From NCBI GenBank assembly GCA_964016885.1, contig OZ024743.1, forward strand, positions 110,422,001 through 110,486,000: a stretch of DNA of 64,000 nt, read 5' to 3'. Position 1 is the stretch's first letter, and every line of letters begins with the position of its first letter. Shown piece by piece: positions 28,999 through 41,199 of the stretch. Origin of the DNA: Eledone cirrhosa. Taxonomy: Eukaryota. Below the pieces are notes generated by a model, which saw nothing but the letters and a program-made list of their open reading frames with translations, searched no databases and was not told where the DNA came from. The position numbers and the translations under genes were made by a program.

Positions 28999-29839
28999 GC
29001 ATATACAGAAATAGAGATAGCTAAAGAGGTGGAAAGAGAGAGAACGGCATATCGAAACACAGCCACTCGTGACGCATACATATATATTCTGCATATCTCT
29101 CCAACCCCATCTAATTATCTCCCCGTCTCTCTGTCTCTCCTTCTATGTATATATACATATATATATATATATACATAGGGGGGGGTGTACGTGTGTGTGC
29201 ATGTGTGTGTGTACATATATATATTTATATATTATGTTCAGATATCAATATATATTTAATATGTATGATGATAATATTATATAAATAAGCTCAATGGATC
29301 ACCGTTGCCGATTCGAGCGGGGTTCATTCCATCGACACCGAGGTGAGCAGGGCTCAGCAAACGGATGACGTGACCGAATGTTCGTCCCCTCGGCGAGAAG
29401 AAAGGACCATGAATCAAAGGACAATGCGAACGAACTGTGATTGCATCTACATTCCAATTTCTGCTATCTAGAAAACGCGGAACTAAAATTAACATTATTC
29501 GTATTGGAACGTGGTAGGAATTGAACCTCTGAACAAACTTTGCTATTTAATACGGGTAATTATATAAACAATAGTTTTACCACTCCACTCCTGCGACTCT
29601 TTTCGGTGTCGAACGTTCTTTAAAGGGATATTGTAACTATTAAACTTTGAAATCTTTATGGATTTACATAAGTTATATTTCCGTATGTATTTGCTTAAAT
29701 ATACAACATTACCGTACACCGCGTTTCGGTATTTTATCAATTATCAATGTGTAATTTTATTATTATTGATGTATTTCATTTTCATAATTTACCCTAGAAA
29801 TCAACGATTAAACACACACTCACATACACACACACATGT

Positions 29840-29920
<81 letters not shown>

Positions 29921-29950
29921 ATAAAAAAGATGGTTAAATGAGTTCCATGT

Positions 29951-30019
29951 ATTTTATTATGCGCATTTCAAAAACAAATATCATCATGCAATAACATTTG
30001 TGATTTCATCAGATAAAAT
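29951..30019 (-). ncRNA. Type I hammerhead ribozyme with intact core (family R4)
   Basis: AUUUUAU-CUGAUGA-(ACAAAUGUUAU/AUGAUAUUUGU helix II)-GAAA-UGCGCA-UA|AUAAAAU; 7-bp helix I. Confidence 0.85.
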
Positions 30020-30381
30020 AGGAAGACATGATATGAAGGTTAAACACACTTGTGGATAGTGCAGTTTTAAATCAACATATGAAAAGTAGTTTCAGATTGA
30101 TGTGTGATATTGGGGAAAAACATTTATTTGAGGGGGGTGGGGTGGAAAGGATGAAAAAGAGGAGGAGATGAGAGTAACAAGTGGAGGGGGAGGAGTATAA
30201 TGAGGAAGGAAGAGATAGCAGGAGAGATGGGTGATAGAGAGAGAGAGATAGCTTTTATAACTGAGAAAAATATATTGTTTTACATAGAGAGGTTGAAAAA
30301 CCGTTGGAAGATAATGTATAAATTAAAATAATTCGAAAATTAACGAAGAGAAAAATAATGTAATGTTAAGGTTTGTATATT

Positions 30382-30550
30382 GAAGGGTTTAATAATATGT
30401 GCGATGAAAAGAAATTGTTAATATGTATTAAGAATAATATTTAAGGGTTTAATAATATGTGCGATGGAAAGAAAATGTTAATATGTATTAAGAATAATAT
30501 TTAAGGGTTTAATAATATGTGCGATGGAAAGAAAATGTTGATATGTATTA
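30382..30550. repeat. 60-bp tandem repeat, about 3 copies
   Basis: AAGGGTTTAATAATATGTGCGATG...GTATTA recurs at 60-nt spacing. Confidence 0.9.
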
Positions 30551-31164
30551 TTAAAAAAACAAAAGTAATGTAAGTAAGGATATATTGTGAGATGAGCATG
30601 AATAAGTTAGATGAAAGGGAGAAAAAAATAATGAATAGAGGATGAATAATCTAACGTCAAAAAAATGTTTATGTTTACGAAGGATTTTTCAAGGTGATAT
30701 AAAGTAAGAATATATTGTATTGTGTAATAATTGTTTCTATGTTAGGCACAGTGAGAAAAGGTACAGATTAGGGGTTAGAAATTAAAAGAAAAGAAAAAGA
30801 AAAGAAAAGGAAAAGGAAGAAAGGGAAGTGATAAATAGGAGTGATATAGAATGAGTAACAAGTATTGTATAATGTATAATAAATAACTTTGAAATAAGGT
30901 AGAAAGATGGGTATATTTTTAAAGAAGTATATATATATATGTGCCTTTGAGAAAAGGATTCTGAATTGATAAAGTTTAGGATATTAGCTGTATACTTTAT
31001 GGAAAGTTCTGTGGAATTTATGCAAGCAGATAGAAAACAAGTCAGTGCGTCTATTTATTATAGAATCTTATATATTATGTATACTCCGGTCCTAGAAGCT
31101 GTAGAGTGCTTCTTATCCGATATCTGCATTGGTTTATTGTACTACAATAAAACTCACCTCCTAC

Positions 31165-31255
<91 letters not shown>

Positions 31256-31260
31256 TATAA

Positions 31261-31304
<44 letters not shown>

Positions 31305-32239
31305 ACAAATCTATACTCACTCATATATTTATATATACTCAGTCACATATATAGAGACACATTATATGAATGTATAAATTAGATAGAGCCCTCGTCATAG
31401 AGTGACTGTGATAGAAAGAGCAGTAAATATCTCCATCTCGGCCCGCCACCAATTCCGTTTCAAGAGAAATCGTGGATGGCAAGCATGTCGATGGTTAGAT
31501 TATTTTATAACAGATAAATATTATTGGTCAAAATTCCTATATCCCTTTGTGAATTCATCACCCATTTTGCCACACCTCTTTCCAATACTTGGGCAGCACC
31601 TGGTTCCTTCTTTATATGATAAATGAATATTTTATTCAAACTGAGGCCCATTTCCAACTTGAAACAGAATGAACTGCCCGACCACCAGATTTTCTTATCT
31701 ATCCATAGCACCCGACTATATTTACAGTTATATTTCTGCGTTTGAGCACCATACATTTCCTATGCTCTGAATAAGATATCTGTTACATTTTAAAAGCAGT
31801 TTGATGCAGCTTAGCTTAGTCTATATATATCAGCCGGTATCTAAGAGATATGAGATGCGATCCTTTGTCCCAGCCATCCCTAGGTCCAAGCCATAAGCAA
31901 GGGGAAATCCGACGTGTGTCTTATGTATTGACGAATGAATAACTATTCTAAAGAGATTACGCAATAGTGATTGCCTAAACACGAGAAGTGAATTGTTCAC
32001 ACGTTGTCCACACGTCACCAAACATCTATTGCATAACTACAAGGCTCCGGACTGATTCTTTGTAATTTATTTTTATTTTTATTTTAATTTTATTTTGAAC
32101 CTAAAAACTTTCCGGACTTTCGCAGTTATGTCCCTTACACCTCCTGCACTCAGTCCAGTATTGCCTGTGTGAAGTGACTGAGTGTCTGCGCATGCGCGTT
32201 CGTACGGTTGTCCTTCCTGTTCCTATAACCATGCACATC

Positions 32240-32279
32240 CCGAGCTGAAAATGCACTATGGTGAAACAATTGTTCTCGG
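32240..32279 (+). ncRNA. Minimal hammerhead-like motif with G8->A
   Basis: CCGAG-CUGAAAA-short stem-GAAA-CAAUUG-UU|CUCGG; helix I perfect, helix II weak. Confidence 0.55.
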
Positions 32280-32689
32280 TATGGCGAACTAACTGTTGTG
32301 TAACCACTTATACCTAACTCGTCCCTTTGATTGAGTGCTCTACCACTACGGATATTACCTTCCAGTGTTCCACCAATATATATATATATATATAGAGAGA
32401 GATATATAAATCAATTAAAATAATAAATGAAAGTGTACTAACCATCTAATAATAACTATAACACACGGACATGCTCAAATTAGAGTATGTTTCGCTATAA
32501 AATGTGACGAATAAATGTTGGAGATAGCTCATCAAAGGATATCTAACAAAACGATCCACACTTCTAAAAATATATTGGATAACTAGGAAAACAAGCATTG
32601 TATAGAGAAAAGACATGTGCATTTTATAGTCCTTGGTGGTGTGAATAGAATAAACGACTGCTAAAAACAACAGCTCAGAACCATTCAAC

Positions 32690-32890
32690 TTAAGAAGCTC
32701 TACTGCATTGAGAGTTGCATAGTGTTCTCTATGATTATTCTCCTGAGTAAATGATTCAACGTCATCGGCTTTTCCAAGAAACCAATTGTTCGTGAGTTTT
32801 CTAACTGTATCTCTTAGTCCATTTATATCGCCACTCTGTCTCTTAGATTTCAGAAGCCTGCGAATTTGTTTGCTGCTGATCTTTAAACCA
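32690..32890 (-). mobile_element. RTE/BovB-like LINE linker fragment
   Basis: LRDTVRKLTNNWFLGKADDVESFTQENNHREHYATLNAV resembles the RTE EN-RT linker. Confidence 0.55.
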
Positions 32891-33300
32891 ATCTTTAGCT
32901 TTTTTTTCTGTGAACAACCACACACACACACAAACACACACCACCACCCTCCCTCAACTTATCATACTAACCCACAGCCTCTTTCCTTATCCCCTCTCCA
33001 CCTCCATCCACACGCCACCACCTCTACACACATCACACCCTTCCTTTTAATTATTTTCTTTTCTTTAACCCCCCCCATTTTAATGTCTTTCCACCACTCC
33101 CCCTCACACCCTCATAACTCTCTTCCTTCCCACTTTTCCCCTGATGAAGGACTTATGCCCGAACCTCGTCCCCCATTCCCCACTCTCAAGCGTGAACCCA
33201 ATATCACACTGTTCATACTGCACTCTTTGCTATTGTTTTTTTTTCTTTTTTACTTCTAATAAATTCTATTTCGTCGCACCACTGATTCTCCGTTTCTTAT

Positions 33301-33334
<34 letters not shown>

Positions 33335-33339
<5 letters not shown>

Positions 33340-34037
33340 TATAAATTATGTCCATAGGAACATTTGATAATATATATACACCATTTCCTCTGCCAATTAG
33401 CATAGTCAACCACACAAAAATAATTAAACGAGGCTATCAGATTAAAAGACACCTATAAAGAAATAATAGATAAATAAACGATAGTCATCTATTCGCGATC
33501 AACAGCCATATAATATCTACCCAGCTTTTCAAAAGCACGTGGAAATCGATTAAATATACTGTCAACCATACACAATTAGGTATAACATTAAAGTTAGGAG
33601 AAAAAATGCATATACACATACAAGGATTAAGTTTTTACACTTTAGGGTTAAGTTCGCTTTCGGAAATATCCTATCAAGGATAAATTCCCGAGCTTCGAAC
33701 TCATCAGGAAACAAACTCACTTGGACAAAGATTTTTCTTAAATGATCCCCGCCAGAAACGAATTCAAAATGGCTAAGAACTGTGACATGGCAGTGGTCAA
33801 GTCAGAAAGAATGTGATTGGTGCCTTACGGCGAGTGGGCTAGTTGCTAGAAAGCGCAGCTCAATATTGCCTAAATTGCATCTCAACCTTATGGGAGATTA
33901 TCAAATATAAAGATTTACATATACACACACTAGACAAAGTCATAGATATATATGTTATGGCAACCATTCACGATGAGGCTCAATGATGAATTAATACATT
34001 AAATAATCAGAGCAATATACTATAAATTATGTCCATA
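33335..34037 (-). mobile_element. R1-related single monomer with terminal direct repeat
   Basis: ATATACTATAAATTATGTCCATA at both ends (~680-nt period); hammerhead 5' core CUGAUGA-GUUCG..CGAAC present, GAAA box lost. Confidence 0.75.
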
Positions 34038-34058
34038 TATATATATATATTAGAAAAG

Positions 34059-34425
34059 AGATCTCCATTACATTATTTAACACTGACCAACTCATCAGAT
34101 AATTCTGATGAGTTGGTCAGAGGTAAATAATGTAATGGAGATCGAGTGACGCAACTTCAAGCGATTAGCGACCTCTAGACGCATCTGTGAAATGAAACAA
34201 TTGTCAATACCTGAAATACAGCCCCTTGTTGTACAGCCAACAATGTTACTCTTCATTCTTTCACTATTATTACTTCAAGTATAACCTACATAGGAATTAC
34301 CGCGAACTCACTGATTAACTATGGAAACATCATGTTGAGTTAAACAAAGCCGTACGTTAAAAACATCCACGATACAGAGTACTCACAACTTCTAACGGGA
34401 TTACCTATAACGATAAAGTGTTACC

Positions 34426-34430
<5 letters not shown>
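34059..34430 (+). mobile_element. Fold-back-headed element with candidate hammerhead (34102-34208)
   Basis: Palindrome 34059-34143; AUU-CUGAUGA-GUU...AAU-GAAA-CAAUUG-UC|AAU; the same GAAACAATTGT.AATAC motif occurs at ~908. Confidence 0.5.
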
Positions 34431-34467
<37 letters not shown>

Positions 34468-34717
34468 TGTTAAAAAAATAATGAATAAAGAAACAGTTCA
34501 TTATATTAAAAAAAATTCATTATTTTACAATCGTTTCTAGGATATATATGTGTTAGAATTGGTATGCATATTCTATAGATCTGTGTACAATATTTATACA
34601 AACTAATACATTTAATCCCCCCCCCCCCCCCCCCAATAATTATATGTAAATGTAAGTGTGGATGTGTGTGTATATAAGTGTGTATGTATGTATGTGTGTA
34701 TGTATGTGAGTGTAAAA

Positions 34718-34750
<33 letters not shown>

Positions 34751-34760
34751 TATGTGTATA

Positions 34761-34845
<85 letters not shown>

Positions 34846-34885
34846 GTGTGTGTGTGTGTGTATGTATATGTACATAGGTATATGC

Positions 34886-34937
<52 letters not shown>

Positions 34938-34964
34938 GTATATGTTTGTGTGTGTATGTGTATG

Positions 34965-35031
<67 letters not shown>

Positions 35032-35794
35032 CTATGTATGTATATATATGTAGGTATATGTATGTATATATATCATTTTTATATTCTTTTAATCTCCCAG
35101 CATCCTTAATAGCACTTTTCAACTGCATCTAACTCTTATTTATCATATCTATATGTATTAGTATAGTTTTATCAATATAAATATACCCATCAATTAAATT
35201 AATTTTATATCCTTTTCATAGATGTATTTTTTTCACTAACATCCTTAACTTAAGACTCTGGTCACCTTAGATATTTGTATTGGCATCACTTTGTTATAAC
35301 AGCAACTGCTTGTATACCTTCTACTGACCACCTGACCTAGTTTCACCCCTAAAATAAGTTTCAATTACTACTATTTTACCATTTGGCCAATTATTGGTTA
35401 AATCTAAACCTCTTACCAAACAGACAGAATTTATTTGATCTTTGTTGGTTAAATTCAATTAACAAAATAAAATTATTTCTGAGGTCAACATATGACCTAC
35501 TCCTTCCCTAAAGTAATCCATTATTATATTGGATCTTTGTTGGTTTTATTCAATGAACAAATAAAATTATTTCTGAGATCAACATATGACCTACTTCTTC
35601 CCTAAAGTAATCCTTCATTCATAATACTCTTTTCCATCCAAAACTGAAATCTACCTTCCTCTAACCATAATTTAACGTTCTGCTAATACTGTATCACTAT
35701 CTTGACCCTCACTATCTCCTGATTGGTCAATTCAAAACCTGTTCCCAAACAGACCTATTGTATTGAATCTTTGTTCTTATCAATAAACAAGTAT

Positions 35795-35934
35795 CATTAT
35801 TTCTGAAGACAGCATATATATGTGAAGGTGTGTATATTCCCTCTGATAGTTTGTATAAATATCGTACATAGATCTGTAGAATATGCATACCAATTCTAAC
35901 ACATATACATCCTAGAAACGATCGTAAAATAATG
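35795..35934 (+). ncRNA. Hammerhead ribozyme with ~105-nt helix II (family R3)
   Basis: CAUUAUUU-CUGAAGA-...-GAAA-CGAUCG-UA|AAAUAAUG with 8-bp helix I; inverted partial copy at 34463-34610. Confidence 0.8.
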
Positions 35935-36130
35935 AATTTTTTTTAATATAAGGAACTGTTTCTTTGTTTACTCATTATTTTTTTAACAATTTATCTTGAC
36001 TCTTTTTTCCGTTTATTTTTCACCGAAAGTAGTTTTTGAATGCATCTTCTTTTTTCATGATATCCGAATTACATTGAGTTCTTCATACGGGTTGGACACT
36101 ACCGTAAAACCTTTGGTAGATTTATCTACA

Positions 36131-36196
<66 letters not shown>

Positions 36197-36202
<6 letters not shown>

Positions 36203-39200
36203 ATAATAATAAATTGAAGACAAAAATCCAAAGAGGGCTCGATAAGGAAAATATATATCAAATATATAAGAACCGTAGAGCAAATATTTATTAAAATAAC
36301 AGATTAAAGTTTTAGCAAAGAATCGCTGCTTTCACCCTTAACGGGATCTTCTGAAACTAACAAAGTCAATCTGTAAACGCAGAACTGGATATTTCAAAAA
36401 AAATTGCAACCGGAGGAAGACAGGAAGACGATACTTTAGTTCGTGGAAACCTTCGCTCACTGGGAGATCCTAGCTAGGGCTAGATCGTATAACGGAAATA
36501 AAATACCATGTGACCACTGCGCCGCTGAGGCCCTGGAAATACTCTACGCTACAGACCACATCTTAAACAAAAAATCTGAGGCAATTTCGGCTTGTAAACA
36601 TAAATTGCACAAAACTTTCCTGTATTACAGCCCCACGTTATACCCTAACGGATAGCACGATCTATACGTGGATATTTTACGTCTTGATGTGGGAGCTAAG
36701 TATATGTTTTGTTTATTCCTTTACTTATTTGCATAGGTAAGTATATATTACCCGTATGTTTTGTGAAGGTATGTATACCTTCTCGTACGTTTATTTGACT
36801 GTTATAGCGTATACATTTTACATATTCTGGTATTTAGGGTTTGGCTATGTGTATACGGGAGTTTTGCGTCCGCGTGAGTGTGCAGGTTCGTACGTATGGT
36901 GGGTGTGTCTATATGTGTACTTCTTGTTTTAGTTGACTTACGTCTCCGAACATTCGTGTATTTATATTTATTTATATGTAGGTATGCGTGTGCGCTTGTT
37001 ATATACGTATCTATTTACTTATATAAGTTTATATAATTATTTATTTATTTCTACACAAGCATACATACACACACACACATATTTATATGTGCGTGGTTTT
37101 GTATACCCATGGTAAGGTGTTGCGTATGCTTGTGTATGTACGTATCTGTTTGCGTGTATGTATTTATTTGGTTCTATTACTTCTGTATTGTATTTATTTA
37201 CTTTGTTCTTAACTCGGTAGCTGAGATTCATTTGGTCTCCTAGTTAGAATTTTAGTCTACGATTTCTGCTATACCATTTACGTGGTTTTGTCTTTGCGTG
37301 CTATTGTTCTCCACGTTCCACGTATGACTTATTATCTTCGTTTTTTCGTTCATTGCCAGAGAACGTCTCTATGCACCACCTAAGAGAACATTAGTCTACG
37401 ACCTCTTTTATACCATAAACATGGTTATGTCTTTGCGCGTAATTGTTTTTCACCGCTCCTATTAATGACGTATTATTCGTTTGTTCCCGTTCTTTGCCAG
37501 CGAACGTTTCCACGAACCAAAGTATCGTCTTCCTGTCTTCCTCCGGTTGCAACGTTTTTTGAAATATCCAGTTCTGCGTTTACAGATTGACTTTGTTAGT
37601 TTCAGAAGATCCCGTTAAGGGTGAAAACAGCGATTCTTTGCTTAAACTTTAATCTGTTATTTTAATAAATATTTGCTCTACGGTTCTTATATATTTGATA
37701 TATATTTTCCTTATCTAGCCCTCTTTGGATTTTAGTCTTCAATTTATTATTATTACTATTTGGCTCCTTCGGTTGAGCACTCTACTGACTTATATTCATC
37801 ATGTAGAAACAACATGTGAATATGTCTACAAAGAACATACCGGTACCAAGCAGGAAAACATACCTAAAACTCCTGATACAGAAAACAGACGCGTTCATTA
37901 AAAGGTTGCGTTGGCGTGCCTTTTATTTCGATAATCCGCGAAAAGCAAACAAACAAACAGGATAAATTTGGATTTAAAACTTATAATAACCCTCCGTGGA
38001 ACCCAGCATTGCTACCCATCGAAAATGATGTCTTGGAACTCATTCGGAATATCAAATTTAGGAATAGGAGCAATTCCTTCCAGCAAGACCTGAAGAATAG
38101 AATTCGTTCTATTAAGGATTCTAACGCCGTGCACGTCCATTCCGACAAAACTGGCAACCTATATCAAGTGGAGCGCAGTACGTACCATCAACTACTACAT
38201 AATGCTGTAACTAAGGATTACCGTAAAACTAATCGGTGCGTCATCAATGAAATCAACGATGCTGGGTTTAAAATCACATCTGATCTCAACATCCTGGACC
38301 GGACCGAACCTCTGGACCCTATCTCTCCCCACTTTACCCTGAAGGATCACAAATCCAATTTTCCGAACAACACCTCTATTCGGCTTATTAACCCTACGAA
38401 GTCCGATTTAGGTAGACTTAGTAAAACGATTCTTGATAGAATTATACCTGAAATTAGAAGTTTGGCCCCTCTCGCACTGTGGAACAATTCTTTCTCGGTG
38501 ATTGATTGGTTCAACGGCATATGTAACAAGGAACATTGCCGTTTTATCCAATTCGACATCAACAATTACTACTCCTCCATCACTTTACCACTTCTCATTA
38601 GAGCTATCAATTTCGCTAAAACACTCACAGTGGTTAAGGATTTTGAAGTTGATGCCATCCTTAATACCCGAAAGTCGGTGATTAATTTCGACGACTCTAT
38701 TTGGATTAAAAAATCCAATAGTACCCCATTCGACGTGAGTATGGGCGCCAGTGACTCTGCGGAGGTTACTGATCTTATTGGTCTTTTCCTTCTTTTCTCT
38801 ATCAAGGACGAATTCCCCAACGCGGGCGGTGGTTTGTACCGTGACGATGGTCTTTTGACCATGACTAAGTGCGGACCTCGTGCCTGCGACAGGTTCAGAA
38901 AAGAACTCACAGCCTTCTTTAAAGGCTTCAACCTCTCTATACAGGTTGAGGCCAATCTCTCGGTCGTTAATTACCTCGACGTTACCCTCAATTTATTGAA
39001 TGGGTTGTATTACCCGTATAGAAAGCCGAATGATACGCTTAATTACATAAGTAAGCATTCCAACCATCCTGCCAGCATAACCAAGAACCTGGTGAGAAAC
39101 GTTTCGTTGAGGCTTTCCCGTCTTTCCACCAACGAGCGCATTTTCAACGACCATTCCACTTATTACAATGAAGCTCTTGCTCGAAGTGGATTTGTCGATA

Positions 39201-40936
39201 AGGTAGCATATACAGAGTACGAAAATAGACCTAGAAGAAATAGATCCCGTCGCATTTGTTGGTTTAACCCACCATATAATATGGAGGTGGCCACACCATT
39301 AGCTAAGATCTTTCTTTCCCTTATTACGAAGCATTTTCCCCCTACACATAAATATAGTAACATTTTTAATAGAAATACTAGTAAAATTTCTTACTCTGCG
39401 ACTCCTAACCTTGCACATAACATCACAGCTTCAAATTTAGCTAAACTACCTAGCCGTAGGAACACTTGCAACCCTGTAGTTAGTACTAACTGTAATTGTA
39501 GGAATCGGGCTGATTGCACCCTATCCGGGAAATGCCTCTCTAGTAACATTGTCTACAAATGTAAGGTTGTAACACCCACGTCCCGTAGGGCCTACATAGG
39601 GTTAACCGCCAATAGTTTCAAGAAGCGTCTTTACATGCATTCCCATTCTATTCTTTACCCTCTAAGAAGGAATATGACGTCACTTTCAGCTTATATCTGG
39701 AGTTTAAAAGACAACCACACCCAATATAAGTTACACTGGGAGATCCTAGCTAGGGCTAGATCGTATAACGGAAATAAAAGACCATGTGACCTCTGCGCCG
39801 CTGAGGCCCTGGAAATACTCTACGCTACAGACCGCATCTTAAACAAAAAATCTGAGGCAATTTCGGCTTGTAAACATAAATTTCACAAAACTTTCCTGTA
39901 TTACAGCCCCACGTTATACCCTAACGGATAGCACGATCTATACGTGGATATTTTACGTCTTGATGTGGGAGCTAAGTATATGTTTTGTTTATTCCTTTAC
40001 TTATTTGCATAGGTAAGTATATATTACTCGTATGTTTTGTGAAGGTATGTATACCTTCTCGTACGTATATTTGACTGTTATAGCGTATACTTTTTACATA
40101 TTCTGGTATTTAGGGTTTGGCTATGTGTATACGGGAGTTTTGCGTCCGCGTGAGTGTGCAGGTTCGTACGTATGGTGGGTGTGTCTATATGTGTACTTCT
40201 TGTTTTAGTTGACTTACGTCTCCGAACATTCGTGTATTTATATTTATTTATATGTAGGTATGCGTGTGCGCTTGTTATATACGTATTTATTTACTTATAT
40301 AAGTTTATATAATTATTTATTTATTTGTACACAAGCATACAAACACACACATATTTATATGTGCGTGGTTTTTGTATACCCATGGTAAGGTTTTGCGTAT
40401 GCTTGTGTATGTACGTATCTGTTTGCGTGTATGTATTTATTTGTTTCTATTACTTCTGTATTGTATTTATTTACTTTGTTCTTAACTCGGTAGCGGAGAT
40501 TCATTTGGTCTCCTAGTTAGAATTTTAGTCTACGATTTTTGCTATACCATTTACGTGGTTTTGTCTTTGCGTGCTATTGTTCTCCACGCTCCACATATGA
40601 CTTATTATCTTCATTTTTTCGTTCATTGCCAGAGAACGTCTCTATGCACCACCTAAGAGAACATTAGTCTACGATCTCTTTTATACCTTAAACGTGGTTA
40701 TGTCTTTGCGCGTAATTGTTTTTCACCGCTCCTATTAATGACGTATTATTCGTTTTTTCCCGTTTTTGCCAGCGAACGTTTCCACGAACCAAAGTATCGT
40801 CTTCCTGTCTTCCCCCGGTTGCAACGTTTTTTGAAATATCCAGTTCTGCGTTTACAGATTGACTTTGTTAGTTTCAGAAGATCCCGTTAAGGGTGAAAGG
40901 AGCGATTCTTTGCTTAAACTTTAATCTGTTATTTTA

Positions 40937-40941
<5 letters not shown>
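36197..40941 (+). mobile_element. Penelope-like element, locus B
   Basis: Inverted pLTR piece 36197-36456 (-), 5' pLTR 36457-37757 (ORF end plus 3' UTR), ORF, 3' UTR to 40941; flanked by (TA)n. Confidence 0.95.
37801..39931 (+). pseudogene. PLE RT-GIY-YIG polyprotein, inactivated at the N-terminus
   Basis: ATG at 37801 followed by TAG, and a +1 frameshift at ~37945-37960; remainder open to ...LNKKSEAISACKHK...PNG*. Confidence 0.93.
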
Positions 40942-40998
<57 letters not shown>

Positions 40999-41147
40999 GT
41001 GAGAAGAATGAATACTGCGTGGCTGCACATGGGTTACATATGATAAAAATAGTCCTTCATCACTGATTTTCCAACCTTCATTGGTATTTTATCGCTTTAA
41101 AAATCATATACCTCCAGTTGGTGCGAGAAATATATATATATATACAT

Positions 41148-41199
<52 letters not shown>

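Noticed and set aside
29705-29755. Degenerate hammerhead-like strings (minus strand; also ~59380-59425 and ~41030-41075)
   Set aside because: Several core mismatches each; cannot be distinguished from chance by eye
30382-30550. CRISPR-like array
   Set aside because: Plain tandem repeat without unique spacers, in a eukaryotic context
31402-31756. Short ORFs on both strands
   Set aside because: No motif support; stops interrupt the alternative frames
33141-33175. CTGATGA-AGG..CCC-GAAC hammerhead candidate
   Set aside because: GAAA box, helix III and helix I are incomplete; at most a remnant
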